DNA of 64,000 nucleotides from Alphaproteobacteria bacterium (GCA_965276005.1 OZ254962.1:1887809-1951808), one strand, 5' to 3'; positions 20,928 to 31,203 are shown, counted from the stretch's first letter. Notes: generated by a model from the sequence alone, not told the origin. Numbers and translations: made by a program.

Positions 20928-20938
20928 GGGGGGGGGGG
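20928..20938. repeat. G11 homopolymeric tract (C11 on the coding strand), in the promoter region between the TpsA stop and the downstream secreted-protein gene
   Basis: cgaGGGGAGGGGGGGGGGGcg, with a ccccccgtcccc stretch just upstream. Confidence 0.8.
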
Positions 20939-20953
20939 CGTATATAGCGGCTA

Positions 20954-23900
20954 TTATGCCGGGGCGTCGTTTGTTTTGCCGCTATATACAAATATGCGTC
21001 TCAAGGTTTCGTACATTTTTTCGTCCAGTTCGTACAGGGGCACCACCTTTTGTGCCTTGATGTTGTTTGCCAACAGTGCCATATCGTATGTGCGGTGTAT
21101 TTGGCTTTTGTACTTGGTTTTGTATGTACCCTGTTGTGCGTTAAATACGGACGATACGGGGGTTTGTGTCGACGGTTGGTATAGTGCCTGCATGTCGATA
21201 CCGTTTAGATGGGCGTATACACCGCTGTTAAAGATGGTGTCGATGCTGCCGAGCGGGGCACCTAATGTGCCACTTGCACCGCCTGCTCCAGCACCTGCTG
21301 CCCCTGCACCGCCGGCGGCTCCTGCTGCGGCACCGGTACCACCTGCGGTTCCCACTGCTGCTGCTCCTGCTGCCGCTGCCGCTGCGGCACCTGTTGCTAA
21401 TATACCGCTGTTCATCACTGCGACAGCACCAGCACCTAACAGAGCGATACCGGCACCTGCACCGCCACCGCCGCCACCGCCGCCACTGCTACCACTGCGC
21501 TCGGGGCTTAAGTCTGCACTACCGTCGCCAGAGCTTATGGCGTCAATATTCCCTTCCAGTCCGGTAGACATACCTTGACGAAGATCTCCATCGCCGTGTC
21601 GCAATTTATAGTTTTGGGAATTCAGCACAAACTTGCCTGTATCACCGATGAGTATGGGTTTATTCGATCCATCTTGATCATCATTATATACAAATGCCCC
21701 GTTACTTATTTTCAATGTTACGCCGCTATCACCAACCGCCAAATCCCTATCATCAAACCCTTTTCTACCGCTTCTGATAGACACAGGGGCATATACTTCG
21801 CCTGGTTCATAGTCTCGGTCTGTTACATCAAAGTCGTCTATTTTTAGTTGTAGAGATTTTGCCGTAATCGATGCACCTGTTGCGTCCTGATAGGCTGCAC
21901 TCACACCGTATACTGTTTTGTCATTGCCATCTTTGAATACCAGAGTATTGGCGTTGCTGTAGCGTAGGGTCAGACCGGTATCTGCATCTTTTTGTTCAGC
22001 TCCGTTTTTATAAAACTTACCAGCTAACGATGCCGCATTTGTTACGAAGAATTTTTTATGTTTATCGCTGCCTGATGATGGCACGGCACCTACTTTGAAG
22101 CTCAAGCCGCCATAGGTGTTGCTTACAAATTTCAGATTGTCTCCCGAAACAGCGGGTGCACTGCTGTTGCCGTCATACACTTTGGTTTTTACCTTAGCGG
22201 TTACCTGCATGCCGTTACCGGGATTAGCGGTGTATATAAAGCCGTCTTGTTTATTAGACAAAACACCAGTAGCGTCCCAATTGGTACCACTGTGTGACTG
22301 GTTAAATTGGACAAACTCATAGTCGGATATGCCGCCCATAGTGTTATCATTGGGGGTTTTTGTCCACACTAGGTATCTCGCCTCTTCCTTGTTTGCTGTT
22401 TTTAAAGCACTACCGTCCGCTTGGTTGGTAAATTTGTCTGCTTTGAGTTCCAAGACAACCTCTGCGGATGATGGAGATTTAGTAGCCTCGACTTGCCCAC
22501 CGTTGCGGATAATAATTTCCGAGTCGCTATTCGCATTGGTTGTACCTGCATACGCAATGCTAACCCGTTCGCCTTTTACTTTGTAGACGGAGATTTTGCC
22601 GGTTGCTTTCTTGTCGGCTTGGGCACCTGAAACCTGTGTACCCCTTAGCATTTTGATAACCAAATCTTTACCAGCCTGTAGAACTTTGTCGCCTGCAACG
22701 GTGATTTGTGCTTTACCAACGGCTCGTTGCGATACTGTCAATTTTCCATCACCCTTACCATCTGCACCTTTGTATCCACCTGTAACATCGGTTTCGTTAT
22801 TGGCAATTATATCCAGCTTACCGCCGACTGTTATACTTTGGTTAATTATAACCGATCGCCCGGCAATCAATTGAAGATTACCACCGCCACTAGCATATAT
22901 GTTCGCATCTACGGTAATATCGTTGCTAGCAACAATTTTCACGCTTGTACCATTATTTAGCTGTGTTTCTATATCCACCGAATCGTCCTGAGGGGAAGGG
23001 GGGGTAAGATCTATTAATTCCACATTTCCTTTGTCGCTTAACGAACCGGGTGCCCCAACAACCAACTTCTCGCCAGTTTTATCGAGAGCTACGGCTCTGC
23101 CAAAATATCCACCACTACTACTGCCAGTGATTTTTTTCACGAGGGTTATTGTTGCTTTACCATTACCAGCAATACCAGAACCAGAAGCAAGATAGCCATC
23201 AAATGTTTTCCAACCACTAATATTATACAGATACACTGCTCCCTTCTTACTACTTTCACCCCATGCTCCGACAGCTAGTCTGGATCCATCCTTATTAAGG
23301 GCGATACCACCACCGAAATTAGCATTATCAATACCACTCGCAAAAATTTCCACAGCATCACCTGATGCAGCCTTTGCTACATATTTTGGAACTGGTAAAC
23401 GGCTAGCACCATACTTAATGGAAAATAGGAATACCGCCCCCCGGTCAGAACCAGAACCATCATAGTAATGATCTCCAACGGCTAGTCTATCCCCACTTTG
23501 ATCAAACGACAGTGCATCACCAAAGAAGCGTAAATCTTTAAAATGATTGGCATCTATCGCCTTTAAATCACTTACCGCAAGCCTACGATATACCACATCA
23601 TTGCTGCCTATTGTGTCGCCTTGTGTTGACAATTTACTTCCTATATATCCCCAACCTGATCCCGACTTGTGCAAACTGAATACATATACCGCACCACCGG
23701 AACCACCTGAGTTATCGTAAGCTGACCCAACAGCTAATTTGGATCCATCACCACTCAGAGACACAGCACGACCAAATCTAGGGTCAGTAACCTGACCCCG
23801 ATGAAGATCCATTGAAATGATATCGCCACCAGCATTGCCAACACCACCTTGAATCCGTTTATATCTGGTGGCAACTTTACCCGATATCGGATCCGGAGCA

Positions 23901-25936
23901 GCAGCAAGACCAAACAGGTACACCATACCGGCATCCTGTGAACCACCTAAAGCAGCACCGACAGCTAATTTGGATCCATCGTCATTTAGTGCTACACTAA
24001 AACCAAAATATACACCATCATTTGAATCTTGATAAGATTTTAAATCCATGCTTTTATAATTTCCATCAGCTCCAGTACTCCTCACTGTACCAATTTTAGT
24101 ACCATGTTTAATGGTATGTGTATTTGTTACTGTAGCCCCCCATTTGCCACTATTGTCTGTATTCACATCATAGATATATACCGCACCTTTATAATTATCA
24201 ACATTAGTGTCACCTATAGCCATTCTCTTGCCATTACCACTCAACGCTACACTTGTACCAAATTTACCATTTGAACCCGCCGCAATCGTTTTTACCTGTG
24301 ATACCGAATCGCCCCAACTTCCAGCTGCGGTTGTTTTAATGTCGACATTTTTCGGATCGAGCAAAATAACCCCATTGCCGGCTTTTACCCGGGCTAAGCC
24401 GAAACTGTCGACTTCTTTCTTACCAGATATTTCCACCGCACCGCCGCCAGTCGCACCGGTGGCATCGATAGCCGCATAGTTATTGGTGGTGTTATCCGCC
24501 CATAAAATAGCCGTGCCGCCTGTGCCGGATGCAGATGACACGACGACATTTACGCCCGAACCTAATGAAGTTTTGTTGGCACTGACAAGAGAGCTGTTAT
24601 CCGACCAACGGGTTACGAATAGGTCTTGGGTTTTCTTGTCGAGTTGGCTGGTTTTTGGGTCGTAGCCGCCACCTTGAAACGCACCGCCCAGACGGATTCG
24701 TCCTCCTTGTGTCTTACCAGATGCAGATATGGTACCAGAAAACAGACCGACCAAGCCGCCCTTGTTACTGATGTCGATATATCCGCCTTTGCCGTCCGTA
24801 CTGTCGGCTTTAAAGTCGATGGATCCTAATATTTTCGACCCGCCTTTGCCGGATAGTCCGCCGATAAACGACAGAGTCCCCCCAGCGGTGCGACCAGACA
24901 CATCGAAACTGGTGCCATCGGTTAGGTCTGCACCTTGTTGTAACGATACTTTGATGGTACCGCCTGTGCCATTTTGTGCCGCCGCAGAAAATTGACCATT
25001 GCCATCGATAGAATCCACATCGACATTTATAGTGCCGGCACTACCATACTCCGCATCAGCGGTGATTTTGCCATAAACACCCAACGAACCGCCACTAATG
25101 GATATAACCCCATCTGTGGAGGATACAGTGTTTGCAGATACCACACCGCTTATGGAAATAGATTGGCGTAAAATATCCGCCGCATCGGCAACAGCTATGT
25201 CGATAAAGCCGCCCCGTGATTCGATAGTACCGCCTAAGTCGACAGTTGTAAGCACTTTATTGCCTTGCGAATCGGTCAACTTGTCCCATTTGTCGGTTGG
25301 TACTTCGACCCGTAAGAAGTCGTTGTTGCCAAACGACATAACGATCTTTTCACCGCCGGCAAAGCCCACTTTACCCACATGGGCACGGACAGTACCGTTA
25401 CTTTTTACCGCCCCACCTAATAGGGCAACAAAACCACCATCATCGACGGCGATACTGCCCCGGTTGTCGACAACGCCGTTTTGACCGCTTTTGGTGAAGG
25501 TATAATCCCCCTTCATAAAGTCGTTGTTGTCGATGTCGAGAGTTGAGGCAACAAAATTGCCCGTATCGATACCCCCGTCTTTGGTAATCATAATACCATT
25601 GGGGTTGATCAAGAACACGCTACCATTAGCGTTAATCTGTCCGGCAATCTCAGAAGTGAAATCACCCGTTACACGATTTAAAGTTGCCGAATCACTAGCC
25701 GGCTGATTGAAATTCACTGTGTTGCCCTTGCCCACAGAGAAGCTGTTCCAATCGATGACCGCCTTATCGGTACTCTGGTCGATATTTAAGGTATCGCCAC
25801 TCTGAGAAATACTGGCACCGCCATCAACGACTTGACCCCCACTGGGAAGACCGCCCGCATAGGCAAAACCACCAGACAACACACCGATGGCATACAATGA
25901 GGACGCCACCATAAACACTTTTTTACTATACTTCAT
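20954..25936 (-). CDS. Two-partner-secretion exoprotein (TpsA/FhaB-like): N-terminal TPS domain, FG-GAP repeat region, C-terminal Gly/Ala-rich segment and short C-terminal domain
   Basis: TPS-domain hallmarks 'ATLNRVTG...SVFLINPNGIMI'. Multiple 'FGxSVALSGDGSKLAVGA' FG-GAP repeats. Likely start is MKYSKKVFMVASS...AYA at 25936; the track ORF starts 72 nt further upstream at 26008. Confidence 0.8.
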   Translation of the reverse strand: MKYSKKVFMVASSLYAIGVLSGGFAYAGGLPSGGQVVDGGASISQSGDTLNIDQSTDKAVIDWNSFSVGKGNTVNFNQPASDSATLNRVTGDFTSEIAGQINANGSVFLINPNGIMITKDGGIDTGNFVASTLDIDNNDFMKGDYTFTKSGQNGVVDNRGSIAVDDGGFVALLGGAVKSNGTVRAHVGKVGFAGGEKIVMSFGNNDFLRVEVPTDKWDKLTDSQGNKVLTTVDLGGTIESRGGFIDIAVADAADILRQSISISGVVSANTVSSTDGVISISGGSLGVYGKITADAEYGSAGTINVDVDSIDGNGQFSAAAQNGTGGTIKVSLQQGADLTDGTSFDVSGRTAGGTLSFIGGLSGKGGSKILGSIDFKADSTDGKGGYIDISNKGGLVGLFSGTISASGKTQGGRIRLGGAFQGGGYDPKTSQLDKKTQDLFVTRWSDNSSLVSANKTSLGSGVNVVVSSASGTGGTAILWADNTTNNYAAIDATGATGGGAVEISGKKEVDSFGLARVKAGNGVILLDPKNVDIKTTAAGSWGDSVSQVKTIAAGSNGKFGTSVALSGNGKRMAIGDTNVDNYKGAVYIYDVNTDNSGKWGATVTNTHTIKHGTKIGTVRSTGADGNYKSMDLKSYQDSNDGVYFGFSVALNDDGSKLAVGAALGGSQDAGMVYLFGLAAAPDPISGKVATRYKRIQGGVGNAGGDIISMDLHRGQVTDPRFGRAVSLSGDGSKLAVGSAYDNSGGSGGAVYVFSLHKSGSGWGYIGSKLSTQGDTIGSNDVVYRRLAVSDLKAIDANHFKDLRFFGDALSFDQSGDRLAVGDHYYDGSGSDRGAVFLFSIKYGASRLPVPKYVAKAASGDAVEIFASGIDNANFGGGIALNKDGSRLAVGAWGESSKKGAVYLYNISGWKTFDGYLASGSGIAGNGKATITLVKKITGSSSGGYFGRAVALDKTGEKLVVGAPGSLSDKGNVELIDLTPPSPQDDSVDIETQLNNGTSVKIVASNDITVDANIYASGGGNLQLIAGRSVIINQSITVGGKLDIIANNETDVTGGYKGADGKGDGKLTVSQRAVGKAQITVAGDKVLQAGKDLVIKMLRGTQVSGAQADKKATGKISVYKVKGERVSIAYAGTTNANSDSEIIIRNGGQVEATKSPSSAEVVLELKADKFTNQADGSALKTANKEEARYLVWTKTPNDNTMGGISDYEFVQFNQSHSGTNWDATGVLSNKQDGFIYTANPGNGMQVTAKVKTKVYDGNSSAPAVSGDNLKFVSNTYGGLSFKVGAVPSSGSDKHKKFFVTNAASLAGKFYKNGAEQKDADTGLTLRYSNANTLVFKDGNDKTVYGVSAAYQDATGASITAKSLQLKIDDFDVTDRDYEPGEVYAPVSIRSGRKGFDDRDLAVGDSGVTLKISNGAFVYNDDQDGSNKPILIGDTGKFVLNSQNYKLRHGDGDLRQGMSTGLEGNIDAISSGDGSADLSPERSGSSGGGGGGGGAGAGIALLGAGAVAVMNSGILATGAAAAAAAGAAAVGTAGGTGAAAGAAGGAGAAGAGAGGASGTLGAPLGSIDTIFNSGVYAHLNGIDMQALYQPSTQTPVSSVFNAQQGTYKTKYKSQIHRTYDMALLANNIKAQKVVPLYELDEKMYETLRRIFVYSGKTNDAPA

Positions 25937-26130
25937 TACACATCTCCTAAACTTGTGAATGTACTTCCAGACAAAACGCACCCTCTGCGTCCTGTATGTA
26001 ATTACCAAAATAAAAACTTAATCTACATACACAACCACATACCGCAAATAACACCGTATACATACTTGCGTACCCACACAGTATGCCATACCCAAATTGG
26101 GAATGTCAAGCAAAATTTCATAAAAAGTGC

Positions 26131-26144
26131 AAAAAAAAAAAAAA
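26131..26144. repeat. A14 homopolymeric tract (T14 on the TpsA coding strand) in the TpsA promoter region
   Basis: gtgcAAAAAAAAAAAAAActattt. About 190 nt upstream of the probable TpsA start. Confidence 0.8.
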
Positions 26145-26226
26145 CTATTTTCTATATGATATTCTATATCATTGTTTTTATAGGACAATATTTTCGACTT
26201 TTGTTACATCGGACACCGCTTGTGTG

Positions 26227-26649
26227 TTATCCAACCAACTCGATACCTGCGAAGAAATAGGCGATTTCTTCTGCGGCGGTATCAATGGCATCGGATCCGT
26301 GTACGGAGTTACGGCTTAAAGATTCCGCATAGGTTTTACGAATAGTGCCTTCGTCTGCTTCTTCGAAGTTTGTCGCCCCCATGATTTTACGGTATTTAAC
26401 GATAGCGTCTTCGCCCTCCAGTACCTGCACCACCACAGGGGCAGAGATCATAAATTCGACCAATTCTTCAAAGAAACTGCGTTCTGAGTGGACACTGTAA
26501 AAAGTTTCTGCTTGGGTGCGGGTCATATGGATGCGTTTTTGGGCGATAATACGAAGCCCCGCCGCCTCAATCATCGCATTGATAGCCCCACCCAAATTGC
26601 GATCGGTGGCATCGGGCTTAATAATGGAAAAAGTGCGTTGTATAGTCAT
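26227..26649 (-). CDS. ndk: Nucleoside diphosphate kinase
   Basis: '[14 protein letters not shown]...' and the NxxHGSD active-site region 'RNSVHGSDA'. The true start is the internal Met; the track ORF extends 27 codons upstream. Confidence 0.9.
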   Translation of the reverse strand: MTIQRTFSIIKPDATDRNLGGAINAMIEAAGLRIIAQKRIHMTRTQAETFYSVHSERSFFEELVEFMISAPVVVQVLEGEDAIVKYRKIMGATNFEEADEGTIRKTYAESLSRNSVHGSDAIDTAAEEIAYFFAGIELVG

Positions 26650-26769
26650 AGTGGTATCCTTAATGATAAAATGTGCATGCGTGCCCCCCATACCTGAAAC
26701 ATAGCATATGAACAGGCACCTTGAAAACACAAAGCAAGCTGTTACACTTGCGTATATGCGTACATACGG

Positions 26770-26943
26770 TTATACATCCAAGATTTTTTTACCCCGGTAC
26801 ATCCCGGTGGATAAATCAATGTGGTGTGACCGGCGTAACTCACCGGAGTTTTTGTCTTCCACATATCCTGTTATGCTTAGGCTGTCATGGCTGCGGCGGT
26901 TGCCACGGCGATGAGGGCTTACTTTTCTTTTTGGAACTGCCAT
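26770..26943 (-). CDS. rpmF: 50S ribosomal protein L32 (bL32); missed by the 60-aa ORF cutoff
   Basis: Minus-strand translation [57 protein letters not shown] (57 aa). RBS AGGAGA upstream. Confidence 0.85.
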   Translation of the reverse strand: MAVPKRKVSPHRRGNRRSHDSLSITGYVEDKNSGELRRSHHIDLSTGMYRGKKILDV

Positions 26944-26983
26944 TGGTATTCTCCTACATAATGTAACAATGGTGCTTAATACA

Positions 26984-27442
26984 CTATTTATGGGGGGGTG
27001 TCAACACCTTTTTTAGCCACTTGCCGTTTTCCTGTTGCTGGTAATAGACAAGGTTATATCCCCCATCGGCTTGCAAACTTCGCCAAATGTTGCGGGTGTT
27101 TTCGACTATTGCTGTGTCGTCGCTATCAAACACCAGATACGCACACTCTGCCCCTTGTAACCACGCCGCTTGTAGGTCGTTGACAAAAAACCGTACGGGG
27201 CGGTGAAAATCTGGGGTATCGGTGAGTTTAATCGGCGTGGTGTCGTCCGCTGCATCGCCCATATCATGTGCCAAGAACGACTCGCCGCCGCCGCCTTGCC
27301 ACAACATGGCACTATACACAGCGGTTGTCCCCTGTGGCACCGTCAGCGATGGGGTCATACCCGCATCGAGTGCCTTTTGCAACAACGCAGGTAACGCCCG
27401 CTCGATAGGGGTGGATTTTAAGTTGTAAAATGATACTTGCAT
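26984..27442 (-). CDS. holC: DNA polymerase III chi subunit
   Basis: 152 aa. Sits immediately downstream of pepA, the conserved pepA-holC arrangement. N-terminus '[25 protein letters not shown]' is chi-like. Confidence 0.75.
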   Translation of the reverse strand: MQVSFYNLKSTPIERALPALLQKALDAGMTPSLTVPQGTTAVYSAMLWQGGGGESFLAHDMGDAADDTTPIKLTDTPDFHRPVRFFVNDLQAAWLQGAECAYLVFDSDDTAIVENTRNIWRSLQADGGYNLVYYQQQENGKWLKKVLTPPHK

Positions 27443-27451
27443 AGGGTGTTA

Positions 27452-28909
27452 TTACCCCGTTTCAAAATCGTATACCAGTTGGTCGAGAGTGGCAACGCCG
27501 AATCCTGTGCCGCCCGTTGGCGAAAACGCATCGCCTTTGTTGGTCGATGCGGTGCCGGCAATGTCGAGGTGTGCCCATGGGATATTGCTGTCGACGAATC
27601 GTGCCAAAAACGCCGCCGCTGTACACGCCCCGCCCCATGGGCCGCCGGATATATTTTTCATATCGGCAACGGGCGAATCTATCTGTTTATCGAATATATC
27701 GCCCATCGGCATATGCCACAGCCGTTCGCCAGCTTGTTCGGATATACGGAGGACATGCTTAGCAAAATCATGGTTATTGGCAAACATCCCCGCATACTCC
27801 ATACCCAGTGCCACCATCATCGCCCCCGTTAGGGTTGCCAAGTCGACAATCGATTTGGGTTTATATGTTTGTTGCACATAGGTTAAACAGTCCGCCAGCA
27901 CCAATCGTCCCTCTGCGTCCGTGTTTAACACTTCGATGGTTTGACCGCTCATCGAGGTTACAATATCGCCCGGGCGTTGGGCGTTGCCATCGGGCATATT
28001 TTCCACCAAACCTATCACCCCGACCACATTTGCCTTTGCCTTACGCATGGCAATAGCATGCATGGCACCATATACAGCCGCCGACCCCCCCATGTCGAAT
28101 TTCATATCCTCCATACCTTTGGCAAGCTTTAAAGAAATGCCCCCCGTATCAAAAGTTACGCCTTTGCCGACAAACGCAAACGGGGCATCGCCGGGGGTAC
28201 CGCCGCTATATTCCATCACCACCACCCGGGCAGAATGTGCCGACCCTTGTGCCACGCCTAGCAATGCCCCCATGCCCATTTTCCGTAACGCTTTCGGCTT
28301 TAAGACGGTAACCTTTACCCCCCATTTTTGTAAGCCTTTGGCACGATTCGCATAGGCTGCTGGGGTTAAAATATTTGCCGGCTCGTTTGCCACATCACGG
28401 GCGGCAAAAATACCATCGACAAGTGCCGCATGTCTTGTAAATAACGATTCCACTGCCGCTACCGTATCCGTTACAAACAGGGCTTCTGTTAAGGCATCGG
28501 GTTTTTTGGTGACGGTTTTATAGCTGTCGAAAGTATACGATTTTAACCGCATCCCCACCGCTACATCGATCACATCCTGTGCCCTCAGACCGCTTACATC
28601 GACGACAATGTTTGGGAATTGTTGCACCGCTTGGAAAATAGTACTGCCCAATTCTTGGTATGTGGCACCGTCTTCATGTGCCACCACGCATACGCATTTG
28701 GCATCGTACACATTGGCAATTTCCTCCCCAGCAAAAACCACCGAAGACTCAATAGGCACCGCATCACACAACGCCTTTAACGGCGTGTAGGTGCCTTGAA
28801 AATCCCCCTGTTTTGTTTTGATGACGGCGATGTTGGCACCGCTTGGCACGGTATCTGTAAACGATATTTTTAACATTATTATCCTACTTTCTGTAAATTG
28901 TTGTTGCAC
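27452..28909 (-). CDS. pepA: Leucyl aminopeptidase (M17)
   Basis: 485 aa. M17 signatures 'NTDAEGRL', 'VGKGVTFDTGGISLK', 'MKFDMGGSAAV'. Confidence 0.92.
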   Translation of the reverse strand: MQQQFTESRIIMLKISFTDTVPSGANIAVIKTKQGDFQGTYTPLKALCDAVPIESSVVFAGEEIANVYDAKCVCVVAHEDGATYQELGSTIFQAVQQFPNIVVDVSGLRAQDVIDVAVGMRLKSYTFDSYKTVTKKPDALTEALFVTDTVAAVESLFTRHAALVDGIFAARDVANEPANILTPAAYANRAKGLQKWGVKVTVLKPKALRKMGMGALLGVAQGSAHSARVVVMEYSGGTPGDAPFAFVGKGVTFDTGGISLKLAKGMEDMKFDMGGSAAVYGAMHAIAMRKAKANVVGVIGLVENMPDGNAQRPGDIVTSMSGQTIEVLNTDAEGRLVLADCLTYVQQTYKPKSIVDLATLTGAMMVALGMEYAGMFANNHDFAKHVLRISEQAGERLWHMPMGDIFDKQIDSPVADMKNISGGPWGGACTAAAFLARFVDSNIPWAHLDIAGTASTNKGDAFSPTGGTGFGVATLDQLVYDFETG

Positions 28910-29024
28910 TTCTGTGTAATCCCTATACTATTAGGGTATGCACTAAACATATATATCCGCACAGAGAATTATAGGGGATTATATAAGATTCTGGGGTGAT
29001 TTAAAAGCGTTTTTCTGGTATTAT

Positions 29025-30104
29025 GTGATCATGATAGTTCGTACCTACATATTTAAAAGCATTTTGCACCGTACAGCGTTCTTAACGGGCATAGTGTGTC
29101 TGGTCGTTGCCATGGTCAATTCCATCAATTTATTAGAATTTTTGGTCAATAGATCTTTATCTGGGCAGGAATTTTTGTTGATGGTTGCCTACCTAATGCC
29201 CCAATATATAGTGATGGCATTGCCGTTTACCGTATTTGTCGGCACCTTAAATACTTACAACAGCCTGTCCCAATCCCGGGAACTGACCATTTTACACAGC
29301 ATCGGCAGATCGCCCGTACAAATTATCCGCCCCAGTATATACGCAGGGGGTGTATGTGTGCTTATCAGCTTTATCGGATATGGATACTTTATGCCACAAG
29401 GGTGGTACCAATTTCAAAGCAAGAAACACGACATTACCAATAAAACTTTGCTGTCGAAACAAGTGATTGCCGGCAAATTTCAAAATATCGGCAATGGCAG
29501 TACTATGTTCGTAGAAGCCGCCCAAGCAAACCGCATACAAAATGTTTTTATTTACAACGCTGTCGAAAAAGTGATTCTAACCGCCTCTGAAGGGGAAATT
29601 ATCGACGGGCAAAACACCACCACTATCGTTTTAAAAAACGGCACCCAACAAAGCAGCCTCGAAGCCAATAGCCAACCGCCAATTATTTCATTCGAAAACT
29701 ACACCATATCGTTTAACACCCCGTTTCAGTACTATCAGGGCAAGCAAAAAGTCGATGAAATGACCAACACAGAATTGCTGGTCAACGGGCGTATAAAACC
29801 CGCATACTATACAGAATTTTGGCGGCGGCTGGTGGATTCTTTGTTGCCGCTGTTGCTCAGCATAATCGGTACTATCACCGTTATCATCAAGCCCATCAGC
29901 CGTATACCCCAACACCGATACACGATTGTCGGATCCGCATCGATGGTGTTTTCCATAGCATTTGCCATGACCTTGTCGACCAAAGTGGCAGAATCTGTCT
30001 GGTATTTGTATTATAATGCCCTGTTTGTTGTCGGATTTTGCATAGTATTGTGGGTATATATAACCCTCAAAAGTAGCACATATAAAATCAGGATACCCCT
30101 ATGA
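29025..30104 (+). CDS. lptF: LPS export permease LptF (YjgP/YjgQ family)
   Basis: 359 aa, 6-TM YjgP/YjgQ fold. Divergent from pepA, as in enterobacteria. Followed by lptG with a 4-nt overlap. Confidence 0.8.
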   Translation: MIMIVRTYIFKSILHRTAFLTGIVCLVVAMVNSINLLEFLVNRSLSGQEFLLMVAYLMPQYIVMALPFTVFVGTLNTYNSLSQSRELTILHSIGRSPVQIIRPSIYAGGVCVLISFIGYGYFMPQGWYQFQSKKHDITNKTLLSKQVIAGKFQNIGNGSTMFVEAAQANRIQNVFIYNAVEKVILTASEGEIIDGQNTTTIVLKNGTQQSSLEANSQPPIISFENYTISFNTPFQYYQGKQKVDEMTNTELLVNGRIKPAYYTEFWRRLVDSLLPLLLSIIGTITVIIKPISRIPQHRYTIVGSASMVFSIAFAMTLSTKVAESVWYLYYNALFVVGFCIVLWVYITLKSSTYKIRIPL

Positions 30105-31201
30105 AACCCTTAAAAATCGGCAAAACTATGTTTTTTTATATTCTCAAAAAAAACCTGCATGCGTTTATGGTGGTCGCCGTTGGTATGTCCGTGTTGCTTG
30201 CGTTTTTGGATATTATGAGTACCGCCTCCCGTCTGCCCCATCTCAAATTTCCCCAACTGCTAGAAATGGAGATATTAAATTTTGCCAGTTTGTTTTTGGC
30301 GGTGTTGCCATATATTGTCATGTTTGCGTTTATGTATGGGTTTTTTAATATGAATCGGGAAAAACAAACAACCATTCAATTTAGTATTGGTCTCAGCCCC
30401 CTGCAAATCCTCATCCCCTCGATCATCATAGCATTTATACTAGGCATTATATACACCAGCGTTTTAACCCCCGTTGCCAGTATCACCCACAACCAATATA
30501 AACAACGCTGGAATATGTACAGCGACACGACAAACACAGCAGAAATCACCATTACCCGTAGCAACTTGTGGTTGCGGGAAAAAATAGCCGATGGCTACCG
30601 CATTATCCACAGCCCGCTTATCACCAATGTACCGATTACCCTGTATCAAGCACAAATTTTGGAAATGGACAATCGACAAAATATCCAGCGGGCATATCGG
30701 GTGGATAAAATCAGCCTACAAGACGCAGGATTTTTACTGCACAATGGCACTGTGCAAACCCGTGACAGTACTAGCCGACCGATTGCCAACCTGATTATAC
30801 CCACAACGGTCAACAACGACCTTATTAAAAACATCATTACCAAGCCAGTAGAAATGTCATTTTGGCAATTATCCCCCCACATTCAGTCGTTGGCAACGGG
30901 CGGACTAAACGCCAAAGAATATATCTTTACCTATCACAAATTGTTGTCGATGCCGTTTATGTTTATTGCTTTGGTGCTATTTGCCGCCTATTTTACCATG
31001 CGACCTTATACCCGTATTGTACCGGCAAAGTTAATAGGTATTGGCACAATAACAGCGTTTTTGCTGTTCTTTTTCTTAAATTTAACACAGGCAATGGTGT
31101 TTTTAACACCACTGCCCCCTTATGTATTGGGGTGGTTGCCGACTGTTATTGTCTTGTTGCTGGGCGGGTTTTTAACCCTATCATCGGAAAAAGTGGGATA
31201 A
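30101..31201 (+). CDS. lptG: LPS export permease LptG
   Basis: 366 aa paralog of LptF. Translationally coupled to lptF (ATGA overlap). Confidence 0.8.
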   Translation: MKPLKIGKTMFFYILKKNLHAFMVVAVGMSVLLAFLDIMSTASRLPHLKFPQLLEMEILNFASLFLAVLPYIVMFAFMYGFFNMNREKQTTIQFSIGLSPLQILIPSIIIAFILGIIYTSVLTPVASITHNQYKQRWNMYSDTTNTAEITITRSNLWLREKIADGYRIIHSPLITNVPITLYQAQILEMDNRQNIQRAYRVDKISLQDAGFLLHNGTVQTRDSTSRPIANLIIPTTVNNDLIKNIITKPVEMSFWQLSPHIQSLATGGLNAKEYIFTYHKLLSMPFMFIALVLFAAYFTMRPYTRIVPAKLIGIGTITAFLLFFFLNLTQAMVFLTPLPPYVLGWLPTVIVLLLGGFLTLSSEKVG

Positions 31202-31203
31202 TT

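Noticed and set aside
20976-21578. Plus-strand ORFs (20976..21578 and 21265..21567) encoding Pro/Ala/Leu/His/Arg-rich low-complexity peptides
   Set aside because: They are antisense read-throughs of the GCN-repeat (Gly/Ala-rich) segment of the minus-strand TpsA gene. They have no RBS and their composition is an artefact of the repeat.
30862-31203. The N-terminal 114-codon extension of the lptD ORF
   Set aside because: It overlaps the 3' end of lptG in another frame. A GTG start immediately after the lptG stop gives a proper signal peptide.
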